From contig CDROCS010003840.1 of assembly GCA_977020255.1 (NCBI GenBank), forward strand, positions 248,001-312,000: 64,000 nucleotides of DNA, read 5' to 3'. Positions 8,655 through 18,983 of this stretch are shown piece by piece; positions within the stretch are counted from its first letter, which is position 1, and each line of letters begins with the position of its first letter. The notes beneath the pieces are model-generated. The model was given only the letters and a program-made list of their open reading frames with translations, did not search any database and was not told where the DNA came from. Origin of the DNA: Obrimoposthia wandeli (taxonomy: Eukaryota). The position numbers and the translations under genes are program-made.

Positions 8655-9827
8655 TTAACGAGTCAGCCACTTTTTGTCTCGGCCGATGATTTCATCCAAA
8701 TACCCCAGAATATTGGGAATCCAAGTAATAAAACGTAGCAGGTGGGTAAATAGAGGCAGCATGGCCATTTCTAGCCAGCTGAGATTATGTGGGTTACCCG
8801 TTTTCCCGATGAAGATAAAAATAAATATTGATTCGACCAGTAGAGCTATAGTCATGATGGTCAAAGGGAGCCACATATCGAAGATTGCAAACAGCGGCAT
8901 CGCAATTAATATTGGTGGAAACAAAAATTCGGTTGCTGAAATCAGGAACCAAGGCAAAGAAACGATGCCCATAAATGGCGAAACCTTCCAAGTTTCCCAG
9001 AATGCTTCTACACGCCCCCTAGACCACCTTCTGCGTTGTCGGAACAGTGCATTGTTATTTTCAGGGCATTGAGTAGTAGCAATAGCCTGAGCGGCATATC
9101 CAGTTCGGTAGCGATTGGCCAACGCTTTCCAACACCAGGCAATGTCTTCAACCAACCATTCACTCCAGCCTCCGAGTTCTTGCACTACACTGGCTCGATG
9201 TGCGACAAATGCACCTGCAAGCACTGGCACGACTCCTAACTGATCCTGAGATGTTCTAAGTGCACCATGAACGCCTATATGCTCATAGAATTGTGATTTA
9301 CAAAGTAGGTTGCTCTCGCGATTTTTTGGCACAACGTAACCGCAAACTGCAGCGTATTCAGGGTGGCTCCAAATTTTACTGGCTAGTGAAAGAATACCGC
9401 CGGGTTCAATAAAAGTATCACTGTCAACTATGATGTAAATTTCTCCCGTAGCGACCTGCCGCTCTAGGGCAAAGTCTAATGCAGCACCTTTTCTCCCCGT
9501 ATTTTCATCTCTGGTCAGTAATAGGTATTCTTGCTTTCTTTTTTTCTGCAACCATATTTCTACGCTAGCTGGTGTTTTATTTGTAGAACCATCATTAATA
9601 ATAAGCACTTGGATTTTTGACGGATATTCCTGTACATCAACTTTCTCAAGCGCAGTTAGTAATAAGTTTTCATCCTCATTATAAAAAGGGACAAACACTG
9701 TAACTAAAGGAAGATCATTCCTAATTGTTTCTGGTTTCCACTTCAGCATAAAGATAGCCATTAGAGCCATAACGCACATAAGCTCTACTATAAGCGGTAC
9801 TGATATTATTATTGATAGCGTGTCCAT
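8655..9827 (-). CDS. Family 2 glycosyltransferase, processive membrane type (PgaC/IcaA-like)
   Basis: VPFYNE, INDGS, VDSD, VED and QRRRW motifs; N- and C-terminal TM segments. Confidence 0.9.
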   Translation of the reverse strand: MDTLSIIISVPLIVELMCVMALMAIFMLKWKPETIRNDLPLVTVFVPFYNEDENLLLTALEKVDVQEYPSKIQVLIINDGSTNKTPASVEIWLQKKRKQEYLLLTRDENTGRKGAALDFALERQVATGEIYIIVDSDTFIEPGGILSLASKIWSHPEYAAVCGYVVPKNRESNLLCKSQFYEHIGVHGALRTSQDQLGVVPVLAGAFVAHRASVVQELGGWSEWLVEDIAWCWKALANRYRTGYAAQAIATTQCPENNNALFRQRRRWSRGRVEAFWETWKVSPFMGIVSLPWFLISATEFLFPPILIAMPLFAIFDMWLPLTIMTIALLVESIFIFIFIGKTGNPHNLSWLEMAMLPLFTHLLRFITWIPNILGYLDEIIGRDKKWLTR

Positions 9828-9849
9828 TACACCAACCTACTTATGATAC

Positions 9850-11232
9850 TTAAATCAGATAATCTGACATTAATTCATGTATTTTTTTTCTTGAACCACA
9901 ATTACCTTTCAGTCTCGGGTCAGAAAATATGGTAAATCTCGAGTACTTTATGTTTCTGTATTTGAATTTAGGCTTTGCTTCCTGATAGCCAACTAATTCA
10001 AGTGCTGAATGTATTTCACTTGCAAATCTATTTTCATCAAAATCACAATCAGACAGTCTCGATACGTGCTCTTTTCCCTTTCTTAATACTTCTTTTATTT
10101 TTTTTCCGATTTCGGTAAGGTCTTTTGTCTTTAAGGGGATACCACACTCAATAGCGGTATACCTATTTTCCTGCTCTTCCAATGTTGAAATGAACTTATC
10201 TATCAGCGCTCTCCGTTGCTCAAGAGCAAGACCTGACTGGCTATGTTTATTTAAGTGATAGAAAAAAGTTTCTAGCCACTCGGTTATTCCACAGTGGTCA
10301 TCCCAAGTAGCACCTAGGCCTGATGTAAGTAAAACGTTAGAAAAATCACCTATACCTGACATTGTTCCTAAGTCTAAAAAGCGTCCATCAAGTGCAATAT
10401 TTGAACTGGTTAACGAACCATGTGGCATCCCTTTCACCCGGCTAGCCGCCATTTGCGTAGCAAACCGAATAACAAACCGTTCAACTATGTCGTAAATCGG
10501 GGTATCGCTCCCTGTTTTAGAACGTTCGTTTTCCTCCAGTATCGTTATCGACTCTTCAACATACTTGTGTGTTGCGTCGCGAAGGCGTACGTATTCCTGC
10601 TTTGGCCAAAAATTCAACGCTGGTTCGAAGTGTGCTGGTCGGGTAGCAACTTCTCGAATCATGATCGAGCAAGGCTGCTCAACGATGTCTCCAAAAGTAT
10701 TGGCGCCAACGATAGTCTGAGGAGTTCTTATGACAGCAATAATGCGTAAAGCACCAAAAGGCAGTTCCCTATGACAGATTTCGCTCCAGATGGATTCACT
10801 CAACGCTTCACTCAACGGTAACTTACCTGATGAATGTCCTTCATCAACATTGATTGCAACTAGAGGGTTGACACCGTTACCTTTAATCTGCAACTGGCCG
10901 TTCAACCCACAGCGCGCGCTGCCTCCATTCCCCACATCACCAGTATTACCATACCGATCTGCAAGAAACATTTTTTTGTCACCCAAGTTTAGATCTGTAT
11001 CGTCAGCATAGCCGCGGCTAACATAAGCAAAGTTATCTAATATGAGTTTTTCCGCACTTTTGATGCTAATACCATGCTCTTCAAGATAGTTTTCATTGAG
11101 CCAGGAAATTTCGGGATTTTTTATTTTATAGGCCGGATATTCGACAAAACTGCACTCTGCAAGGCAGTCTCCAAAGATCAACGTATTATCTCTGTCTGGG
11201 CTATCGTAAGTCTCAAGAATGTTATCTTTCAT
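9850..11232 (-). CDS. MchC/MceJ-like protein (SelO/YdiU pseudokinase-like fold)
   Basis: ADRYGNTGDVGNGGSARCG, QIKGNGVNPL, HSSGKL and HGSLTSSNIALDGRFLDLG motifs. Confidence 0.8.
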   Translation of the reverse strand: MKDNILETYDSPDRDNTLIFGDCLAECSFVEYPAYKIKNPEISWLNENYLEEHGISIKSAEKLILDNFAYVSRGYADDTDLNLGDKKMFLADRYGNTGDVGNGGSARCGLNGQLQIKGNGVNPLVAINVDEGHSSGKLPLSEALSESIWSEICHRELPFGALRIIAVIRTPQTIVGANTFGDIVEQPCSIMIREVATRPAHFEPALNFWPKQEYVRLRDATHKYVEESITILEENERSKTGSDTPIYDIVERFVIRFATQMAASRVKGMPHGSLTSSNIALDGRFLDLGTMSGIGDFSNVLLTSGLGATWDDHCGITEWLETFFYHLNKHSQSGLALEQRRALIDKFISTLEEQENRYTAIECGIPLKTKDLTEIGKKIKEVLRKGKEHVSRLSDCDFDENRFASEIHSALELVGYQEAKPKFKYRNIKYSRFTIFSDPRLKGNCGSRKKIHELMSDYLI

Positions 11233-11238
11233 GTTAAT

Positions 11239-11727
11239 TTACCAACTATATACTGGTGATGAACTTCCCGGTTCTCGGTAGTAAATGCTTTTTACACCTG
11301 ATTCTTTTAGTTCTTTTTTTATTTTTATCAGGTCTTTGATAAATTTCATTTCTGGACAAGGCAAGCAGATATCAAGCATGATAAGATTTGCCCCCTCATT
11401 CCACTGAGAAGGATGAGGAACGAATTGAGGGTTAGTCAAATACTCATCGAGTGTTTTATCATTAACCCATGCCCAAACTAAATATCCAGAAGGATATTGA
11501 TCGAACTCTCCTTCAAGAAGTTTAATTTGTTCATTATTTATTGCTGGTATCATCCAGTGATAAAATGAACCGATGCTAATTTTTTTTCTATCATTATTTT
11601 TTGCATAGACATAGCAAAGATCACCAAGAAGAGCCCGTCGGGTCTCAAATTGAATATTTCTAAGTGAAGTCTCCAGGATTATTGAATTCCAAGCGTGAAT
11701 AGTTGGTATATCGTTATCAATTATCAT
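11239..11727 (-). CDS. HlyC/RtxC-family acyltransferase-like protein (MchD/MceI-like)
   Basis: PAI..EQI, PSGYLVWAW and HPSQWNEG..L..LD...P motifs; 162 aa; ends 6 bp upstream of the MchC-like gene. Confidence 0.8.
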   Translation of the reverse strand: MIIDNDIPTIHAWNSIILETSLRNIQFETRRALLGDLCYVYAKNNDRKKISIGSFYHWMIPAINNEQIKLLEGEFDQYPSGYLVWAWVNDKTLDEYLTNPQFVPHPSQWNEGANLIMLDICLPCPEMKFIKDLIKIKKELKESGVKSIYYREPGSSSPVYSW

Positions 11728-11926
11728 CTGTCACCATTATTTATACGCTCACCACAAAAAATTGTCTTATATTAAAATTTCATTAAGTAAAACAAGAATT
11801 AATATATATACCAATAATTATATTAATAGAAGGGAGGTGAAAAAGAAACTCGACAAGGTTCTTAAATATAACTAATTAACAATAGAAGGGGACATGAAAT
11901 TTGCGACTAGATTCATGATTTTAAAT

Positions 11927-12110
11927 AATACCCAATCAACTTGAAGCTGCTTGCTTTAAGCTGAAAATTATCGTTAATTCGATACGTCAATGAGTCTGCG
12001 ATTTCTGGAAGAGTGACAGTAAAAAATTGGTCTATAGCTTCCTTGAAGTAACGTTTACTCTTGAAGTAAACGTTATTCTTCGCCTTCTCGTTCATCACTT
12101 TAAAAAGCTA
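11927..12110 (-). mobile_element. IS630-family transposase C-terminal remnant with right end
   Basis: KVMNEKAKNNVYFKSKRYFKEAIDQFFTVTLPEIADSL..RINDNFQ, followed by an IS630-like end (TCAAGTTGATTGGGTAT). Confidence 0.75.
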
Positions 12111-12149
12111 AGGTAGTACCCAAACACAGTGAAGATGATTGAATTCACT

Positions 12150-12419
12150 TTAGAGCTGGTAACTGTTCGGTTGGTATTAGCAATGTAATACTACGAGCGA
12201 CTCGGGGGAATTTTTGAATGAGCCCCTTTTTTCTAAGGTGTTAATCATTTGGTTAACACTGGGCGGAGTGACCTCAAAATATTTCTGCATATCAGTGTGT
12301 GCAGGTGGTACACCATTGGGTTCGGTGTACTGAGAAATAAATGCTAAATACTGGCCTTGCTTGTCAGTAAATGAAAAAACGTGGTTCAATGATCGACATA
12401 TCAAGCTATCTGTGATCAA
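12150..12419 (-). pseudogene. Small MarR/LexA-N-type winged-HTH protein, frameshifted near the C-terminus
   Basis: FTDKQGQYLAFI...PPAHTDMQKYFEVTPPSVNQMINTLEKRG; the expected LI...ARSI continuation is in another frame. Confidence 0.55.
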
Positions 12420-12451
12420 TTGTGGTAATTAAAAATTATCCAGATAATACC

Positions 12452-13220
12452 ATGAATATCAAATATATAGTTGAATTAAGCAAACAAGAAAAAGACGATT
12501 TAAACTAACTAACCTCGAAAGGAAAATCATCAGAGAGAATGCTTAAGCGAGCAAATATTTTGCTGATGGCTGATTGTCGAAACCATCAGGACAAAGACAT
12601 TTCAAAGGCGTTAAATGTTGGTTCTACTACAATTGGTCGTACGAAAAAGAGATTTGTTGAGCATGGTTTGACTGAAGCCTTTAATGAAGGTGCTCGATTA
12701 GGTATGCCCCGGAAATTAGATGGAAATCAAGAGGCCTTATTGATTGCTCTAGCATGCAGTAAACCACCAGAAGGTTGCTGCCGTTGGGCACTAAATTTGA
12801 TTGCCGACAGATTCATTTCTTTGAGTGATTTGAATGTTGTTTCAATCGAAACTATTCGTCGTCGATTCAAAGAAAATGATTTGAAGCCTTGGCAGAAAAA
12901 AATGTGGTGTGTTGGGAAAATGAATACCGACTATATTGCCCAAATGGAGCACATACTCGATTTATATGCTAAGCCAGCAAATCCAGCTCAACCCGTTGTT
13001 AATTTCGACGAAGCGATGAAACAACTCGTTTCTGATATTACGCCACCAAGCCCAGTCAAACTAGGCAACTCGCTCGAATGGACTATGAATATAAACGTGT
13101 GTGTGGCAAACATATTCATGTTTTTTGACCGCCATAATGGCTGGAGAAAAGCGAAAGCAACACTGAGTAAAAAAGCCAAAGATTTTGCCCATTGTATGAA
13201 AGATCTAGTTGATGAACTAA
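12452..13220 (+). mobile_element. IS630-family transposase pseudogene (premature stop near 12505, truncated 3')
   Basis: MNIKYIVELS..., GRPRKL-like motif, ACSKPPEG..RWAL, LKPWQKKMWC and VVNFDE. Confidence 0.8.
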
Positions 13221-13281
13221 ACCTGCCCGTGGATTCGCGAATAAATATAACCAGAATCGGTTGTGTTCGATGCGTAGCATC

Positions 13282-13569
13282 TTAACCAGTTAGAGACTTC
13301 AAGCAAGTTATGAGTTCGTAATCAAATTCGATGTCGATATTAGCCTTGGGGATTGAACGACAAGCCAGAATTTCATTTGAACCGACAAAAGCCATCGCAT
13401 CTTGCTGGTCTACTGCACCTGACTTCAACTTACAGCGGCACGCACCGCACATGCCGTTACGGCATTGATATTCAGGTTGAATACCGGCACTTTCTAATTG
13501 GGTAAGCAAAGATTCACGGCTATTGCCGTGAACCTCTTGACCGTTAACCTTAATGGTTAGTCGGCTCAT
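13282..13569 (-). CDS. yfaE: 2Fe-2S ferredoxin, RNR maintenance protein
   Basis: CRNGMCGAC...C motif; ATGA overlap with the nrdB stop. Confidence 0.9.
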   Translation of the reverse strand: MSRLTIKVNGQEVHGNSRESLLTQLESAGIQPEYQCRNGMCGACRCKLKSGAVDQQDAMAFVGSNEILACRSIPKANIDIEFDYELITCLKSLTG

Positions 13570-14702
13570 AGCTCGAAGTCACCGAGATCGTCTGCACTTA
13601 CATCGTTGTCGATTTGACCAACAAGGTAAGAACTGATTTCAGCTTCTTGTGGCGCAACCTGTACATTATCAGAAGATAACCATGAGTTAATCCATGGAAT
13701 CGGGTTCTGATTAGCACCAGGATAAGCCTGCTCAAGACCTACCGCTTTCATGCGCAGGTTTGTGATGTATTCAACGTACTGACAAAGAATTTCTTTGTTA
13801 AGACCAATCATCGAACCATCTTTGAATAGGTATTCTGCCCATTCTTTTTCTTGTTCAGCGGCTTCTTTGAAAATATCAAAACATTCCTGCTTACATTCTT
13901 GCGCAATGTCAGCCATTTCTGGATCATCGTGTCGACCACGAAGAAGGTTCAGAATGTGTTGAGTACCCGTTAAATGCAATGCTTCATCACGGGCAATTAG
14001 CTTGATGATTTTCGCATTACCTTCCATTAATTCACGTTCAGCAAATGCAAATGAACATGCAAAGCTAACGTAGAAACGGATAGCCTCAAGTGCATTAACA
14101 GACATCATACAAACGTATAATTTCTTTTTAATGTCACGCAGATTAACAGTGATCGTTTCACCATTAACGGTATGCTTACCTTCGCCTAAACGGTGATAAT
14201 CACTCGTTGCTGCAATTAGGTCGTCATAGTACTTAGAAATATCACCAGCACGTTTGACGATATATTCATTTTCGACGATATCATCAAAGACAATGGCAGG
14301 ATCATTCACGATATTACGGATAATATGCGTGTAAGATCGCGAGTGAATAGTCTCAGAGAAAGACCATGTCTCAATCCATGTCTCTAGCTCAGGAATAGAC
14401 ACTATTGGCAGAAGAGCAACGTTTGGACTACGGCCTTGAATCGAATCAAGCAGTGTTTGATATTTCAAATTACTGATGAAAATATGTTTTTCATGATCTG
14501 GTAAGTTGTTGTAATCAATGCGATCACCAGATACATCAACTTCTTCTGGACGCCAGAAGAAGGAAAGTTGCTTCTCGATGAGTTTCTCGAAAATCTCGAA
14601 TTTTTGTTGGTCATAACGAGCAACATTAACAGATTGACCAAAGAACATCGGTTCTTTCATCTGATCGTTATTAATTTGACAAAAAGTGCTATACGCCATC
14701 AT
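13566..14702 (-). CDS. nrdB: Class Ia ribonucleotide reductase beta subunit
   Basis: [20 protein letters not shown] and DEALH motifs. Confidence 0.98.
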   Translation of the reverse strand: MMAYSTFCQINNDQMKEPMFFGQSVNVARYDQQKFEIFEKLIEKQLSFFWRPEEVDVSGDRIDYNNLPDHEKHIFISNLKYQTLLDSIQGRSPNVALLPIVSIPELETWIETWSFSETIHSRSYTHIIRNIVNDPAIVFDDIVENEYIVKRAGDISKYYDDLIAATSDYHRLGEGKHTVNGETITVNLRDIKKKLYVCMMSVNALEAIRFYVSFACSFAFAERELMEGNAKIIKLIARDEALHLTGTQHILNLLRGRHDDPEMADIAQECKQECFDIFKEAAEQEKEWAEYLFKDGSMIGLNKEILCQYVEYITNLRMKAVGLEQAYPGANQNPIPWINSWLSSDNVQVAPQEAEISSYLVGQIDNDVSADDLGDFEL

Positions 14703-14749
14703 TTCCTCAATATTAAAGGGGAGCCGTAGCTCCCATTCAATGTAAATAC

Positions 14750-17011
14750 TTAAATTTTACAGCTTACACAGTCTTCAGCATCGTCTTGTATGTCAGACGC
14801 ACCATCACGGGTGTTGTGATAGTAAAGTGTCTTCAGGCCCAGTTTATACGCGTTAAGCAGGTCTTTTAGCAAGAGCTTCATAGGCACTTTGCCATTAGCT
14901 TGCTTGCTTGGGTCGTAGTTAGTGTTAGCTGAAATCGATTGGTCGATAAATTTCTGCATAATGCCAACAAGCTGTAAATAGCCGTCATTACTACCGATAT
15001 TCCACAGTAGTTCGTAATTATCTTTATATTTGCTGTACTCTGGAACCACTTGTTTCAGTATGCCATCTTTAGATGCTTTTACCGAAACAAAACCACGTGG
15101 TGGTTCAATACCATTAGTTGCATTCGAAATCTGAGATGATGTCTCTGATGGCATTAATGCAGACAAGGTTGAGTTACGTAAGCCGTGCGTTTTAATTTCT
15201 TCACGTAAGGTTTCCCAGTCGTAATGAAGTTCTTCACTACACACATCATCGATAGCCTTTTTATAGGTATCGATAGGTAGAATACCTTTAGAGTACGTGG
15301 TTTCATTAAATGCAGGGCATGCACCTTGTTCTTTTGCCAAGCCAACAGATGCTTTCAATAAGTAGTATTGAATCGCTTCAAACGCTTGGTGAGTAACATT
15401 GTTTGCACTGCCGTCAGAGTAACGTACGCCATTTTTTGCAAGGTAGTATGCATAGTTGATAACACCAACACCCAGGGTACGACGGTTCATTGTTGAACGA
15501 CGTGCTGCAGGTAGTGGGTAATCTTGATAATCAAGCAATGCATCAAGCGCACGAACGGTTAGATCTGCAAGTTCTTCTAAATCATCCAGTGTATCAATCG
15601 CACCTAAGTTAAAGGCAGATAACGTACAAAGAGCAATTTCACCGTTTTCATCTTCAACATTATTCAGTGGCTTGGTTGGCAATGCAATCTCAAGACAAAG
15701 GTTAGATTGACGAATCGGTGCAACAGCCGGATCAAATGGGCTGTGTGTATTACAGTGATCGACGTTCTGAATATAGATACGGCCAGTTGATGCACGCTCT
15801 TGCATAAGAAGAGAGAACAGCTCGATGGCTTTAATTGACTCTTTCTTGATGCTTGTATCTTGTTCGTATTTTACGTAAAGACGTTCAAATTCATCTTGAT
15901 CAGCAAAGAATGCGTCGTATAAACCTGGAACATCAGATGGTGAGAACAAGCTGATGTTTTGACCTTTAATTAGGCGTGTGTACATCAGTTTATTGAGTTG
16001 AACGCCGTAGTCCATGTGACGAACACGGTTTTCTTCAACACCACGGTTATTCTTCAGTACCAGTAGTGATTCTACTTCGCGGTGCCAAATAGGGTAGAAC
16101 AAGGTAGCAGCACCACCGCGAACACCGCCCTGAGAGCAGCATTTAACCGCTGTTTGGAAGTATTTATAGAATGGGATACAACCCGTGTGGAAAGCTTCAC
16201 CATCACGAATTTCAGAGCCAAGAGCACGAATACGGCCAGCATTGATACCAATACCTGCACGTTGAGAAACATAACGCACAATTGAGCTTGCTGTTGCGTT
16301 GATTGAGTCTAGGCTATCGTCACATTCAATTAATACACATGAACTGAATTGACGAGTCGGTGTACGTACACCTGACATGATCGGTGTTGGTAATGAGATC
16401 TTAAATGTCGATGCGGCATCATAGAAACGCTTAATGTAGCTAAGGCGCGTTTCTTTTGGATATTTACCGAAAAGACAAGCAGCAATCAGGATGTACAAAA
16501 ACTGTGCACTTTCAAAGATTTCGCCTGAAACACGGTTTTGTACTAGATACTTACCTTCTAGCTGTTTTACAGCAGCATAAGAGAAGTTCATATCACGCCA
16601 GTGATCGACAAAAGTATCCATCGTGGCAAATTCTTCAGCGGTATAGTCTTCAAGCAAATGGTTGTCGTACTTACCTTTATTTACAAGGTTTGTAACATGA
16701 GCAAAAAGTGTTGGTGGCTCGAATTGACCATACGCTTTTTTACGTAGGTTAAATATTGCAAGACGTGCTGCAAGGTATTGGTAATCTGGAGACTCTTCTG
16801 AAATCAGATCAGCTGCTGCTTTGATGATGGTTTCGTGGATGTCGGCGGTTTTTATACCATCGTAGAATTGGATATGAGACTTAAGTTCTACTTGAGATAC
16901 CGATACATTGGTTAGGCCTTCTGCTGCCCAGTCAATAACACGGTGAATTTTATCCAATTCAATAGTTTCTTTACGACCATCACGTTTGGTTACTGTTAGC
17001 TGTTGATTCAT
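14750..17011 (-). CDS. nrdA: Class Ia ribonucleotide reductase alpha subunit (likely start 17011)
   Basis: ATP cone [21 protein letters not shown] and C-terminal CVSC. Confidence 0.98.
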   Translation of the reverse strand: MNQQLTVTKRDGRKETIELDKIHRVIDWAAEGLTNVSVSQVELKSHIQFYDGIKTADIHETIIKAAADLISEESPDYQYLAARLAIFNLRKKAYGQFEPPTLFAHVTNLVNKGKYDNHLLEDYTAEEFATMDTFVDHWRDMNFSYAAVKQLEGKYLVQNRVSGEIFESAQFLYILIAACLFGKYPKETRLSYIKRFYDAASTFKISLPTPIMSGVRTPTRQFSSCVLIECDDSLDSINATASSIVRYVSQRAGIGINAGRIRALGSEIRDGEAFHTGCIPFYKYFQTAVKCCSQGGVRGGAATLFYPIWHREVESLLVLKNNRGVEENRVRHMDYGVQLNKLMYTRLIKGQNISLFSPSDVPGLYDAFFADQDEFERLYVKYEQDTSIKKESIKAIELFSLLMQERASTGRIYIQNVDHCNTHSPFDPAVAPIRQSNLCLEIALPTKPLNNVEDENGEIALCTLSAFNLGAIDTLDDLEELADLTVRALDALLDYQDYPLPAARRSTMNRRTLGVGVINYAYYLAKNGVRYSDGSANNVTHQAFEAIQYYLLKASVGLAKEQGACPAFNETTYSKGILPIDTYKKAIDDVCSEELHYDWETLREEIKTHGLRNSTLSALMPSETSSQISNATNGIEPPRGFVSVKASKDGILKQVVPEYSKYKDNYELLWNIGSNDGYLQLVGIMQKFIDQSISANTNYDPSKQANGKVPMKLLLKDLLNAYKLGLKTLYYHNTRDGASDIQDDAEDCVSCKI

Positions 17012-17114
17012 TATAGTTTGATTTCCCGAAATCCTTCCACTGCAGTGCTTTGCAAATTTTGATTTAAGACTAGCAAAGAATGTGACCTTTGCTTTATTTT
17101 TCTTATTGGTCAAA

Positions 17115-17160
17115 ACACTACATATTGGGGTGCTGAGCTTGATGGGTTACAAGATAGTGA
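17115..17160 (-). promoter_or_regulatory. Two tandem NrdR boxes
   Basis: ACACTACATATTGGGG (17115-17130) and GGTTACAAGATAGTGA (17145-17160) upstream of nrdA match the NrdR consensus. Confidence 0.8.
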
Positions 17161-17199
17161 TGATCTGACGTTTTTGCAAGATGGTATTTTTTAACCAGC

Positions 17200-17208
17200 T
17201 GTGGATAA
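17200..17208 (-). promoter_or_regulatory. DnaA box upstream of nrdA
   Basis: TGTGGATAA is the reverse complement of the consensus TTATCCACA. Confidence 0.7.
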
Positions 17209-17387
17209 CGTGGGGATTGAAATGTTTAGTTAGCGCCCACTAACACGATGCTGGTAGGCGGGTCAGTATTAAAGAAAATTGCAACAAATTATCATGAGTT
17301 TTTTTATGAAATTAAAATATATTTATCTTGATCTTTAGTCGTTTTAACACAGGGTGCTTAACGTCAAAATCTTGGTTAATAAATGAT

Positions 17388-18065
17388 TCAATTGAGCTGT
17401 TTTTGGTTTTCTAGTGTGGTGATGAGTGAATAAGGCGAATTGAGAATATCGTGTGCATTCCATTGGCACGGTGCGTGTTCTGTACCTATATATCCCCAAC
17501 CCGCGACATAGGCGTGCATTTTTGCAGCTTGTGCTGCGATCATATCTTTTTCAATATCGCCGATATATGCGCAAGCAAGGTGATCGACATTAAGTAATTC
17601 GCTGGCATAAAGTAGAGGTTCAGGATGGGGTTTAGCTACTGCTAGGGTATCGCCGCAGACCACAACCTGTGCTTTCATTAGTTCAGGAAAGAAAGGTAAT
17701 AGCAGGTCAGTAAGGAATCCTGGCTTATTCGTCATTATGCCCCAAGGTATATTGTGTTGCTCTAAATAGGCGAGTAATGGCTTTATGCCGTCATAAAGTG
17801 AAGTGCCTACACAAATTTTTTCTTCATAATAATTTAGAAAAGCTTGACGTAAATGAACCATCTCTAAATGTTGTGGTATTTCACCAAAACCAGCACTTAA
17901 TAATCCTTTTGCACCATAGCTAGTATTTGCTTTTATTTGTTGGTCATTAAGCGGCCCATGTCCGTGATCGGCTAGCACTCGGTTAGCGGCATCGGCCATA
18001 TCGGGTGCGGTATCTAATAATGTACCATCAAGGTCAAATAAAACGGCTTTTATCGTCTTCGACAT
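17388..18065 (-). CDS. HAD-superfamily phosphatase (Gph/MupP-like)
   Basis: FDLDGTL, TNK, KPHPEP and IGD..KD motifs; lies next to ubiG. Confidence 0.9.
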   Translation of the reverse strand: MSKTIKAVLFDLDGTLLDTAPDMADAANRVLADHGHGPLNDQQIKANTSYGAKGLLSAGFGEIPQHLEMVHLRQAFLNYYEEKICVGTSLYDGIKPLLAYLEQHNIPWGIMTNKPGFLTDLLLPFFPELMKAQVVVCGDTLAVAKPHPEPLLYASELLNVDHLACAYIGDIEKDMIAAQAAKMHAYVAGWGYIGTEHAPCQWNAHDILNSPYSLITTLENQKQLN

Positions 18066-18218
18066 TTTGTATATCCCTATAACAAAGGTTTAGAGGCTAT
18101 AGAAAGCATATACCTTTCTAGTAAGAAGAAGTACTTGTACGCTGCTGAACAGTTAAAACGGGAAAGAGAGTTGTGATACGGGGAGTATTACTAGAGTAAG
18201 GCTCTGTTAGTTGATACA

Positions 18219-18246
18219 AAAAAGGACGCCTTAGCGTCCTTTATGT
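18219..18246 (-). terminator. Hairpin terminator after ubiG
   Basis: AAAAAAGGACGC-CTTA-GCGTCCTTT. Confidence 0.65.
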
Positions 18247-18263
18247 AGTAATTTTTTAATAGC

Positions 18264-18983
18264 TTACGGTTTCACTGTGTGAACGATGTAATTCACCTCA
18301 ACACTTTTACCTAGCCAGTAGTTATCAGTCAGCGGGTTATAGTGTAACCCCGTGATATGGCGATCTTGCAAAGGCGTTTGATCAATCATTGCGATAAGTT
18401 CAGAAGGGCGTATAAATTTCTTGTGGTCGTGAGTACCTTTTGGCACTAGTTTCAATAATTGTTCAGCACCGACAATCGCAAATAAATATGATTTAGCATT
18501 GCGGTTTAAGGTAGAGAAGAAAACATGCCCGTTAGGTTTCACCATTTTGGCGCATGCCGCAATAACAGATGCAGGGTCGGGAACGTGCTCAAGCATTTCC
18601 ATACAAGTAACGATGTCGTACGTTTCTGGATGTAACTCTGCTTGCTCTTCAGCTGTACGTAGTACATAGTCCAATTTTGCACCAGTTTCTAATGCATGAA
18701 GGCGTGCAACCGTTAAAGGTTCTTTACCCATATCAAGGCCAGTAACATCTGCGCCTTCATTTGCCATGCTTTCAGCAAGAATGCCGCCACCACAACCGAC
18801 ATCAAGAATTTTTTTACCAAACAGCCCGCCAGCGTGGTCAATCACATAGTTAAGGCGAAGGGGGTTGATTTGGTGCAAAGGTTTAAATTCACCCTCTAAA
18901 TCCCACCAACGTGACGCCATATCTTCAAATTTACTGATTTCTGCCGGATCGACATTTAACTGCTTGGTCATTCTTATCGCCAT
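18264..18983 (-). CDS. ubiG: Ubiquinone biosynthesis O-methyltransferase
   Basis: [27 protein letters not shown] and [11 protein letters not shown] motifs. Confidence 0.97.
   Translation of the reverse strand: MAIRMTKQLNVDPAEISKFEDMASRWWDLEGEFKPLHQINPLRLNYVIDHAGGLFGKKILDVGCGGGILAESMANEGADVTGLDMGKEPLTVARLHALETGAKLDYVLRTAEEQAELHPETYDIVTCMEMLEHVPDPASVIAACAKMVKPNGHVFFSTLNRNAKSYLFAIVGAEQLLKLVPKGTHDHKKFIRPSELIAMIDQTPLQDRHITGLHYNPLTDNYWLGKSVEVNYIVHTVKP

Noticed and set aside
11239-11727. RTX toxin operon (hlyCABD)
   Set aside because: No RTX toxin or GGxGxD repeat protein is present; the exporter has an intact C39 catalytic Cys/His and a double-glycine substrate beside it.
11700-11800. Fur box upstream of the peptide cluster
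   Set aside because: Only scattered GATAAT-like words in AT-rich DNA; no 19-bp consensus match.
11821-11945. Two AATAGAAGGG repeats each followed by a tiny ORF (MKKKLDKVLKYN; MKFATRFMILN...)
   Set aside because: Too short and AT-rich to support, and the second runs into the IS630 end. They may be relics.
307-13280. Prophage or integrase-driven genomic island
   Set aside because: No integrase, phage gene, tRNA target or short att repeat was seen; only IS relics and the long nrdB homology.
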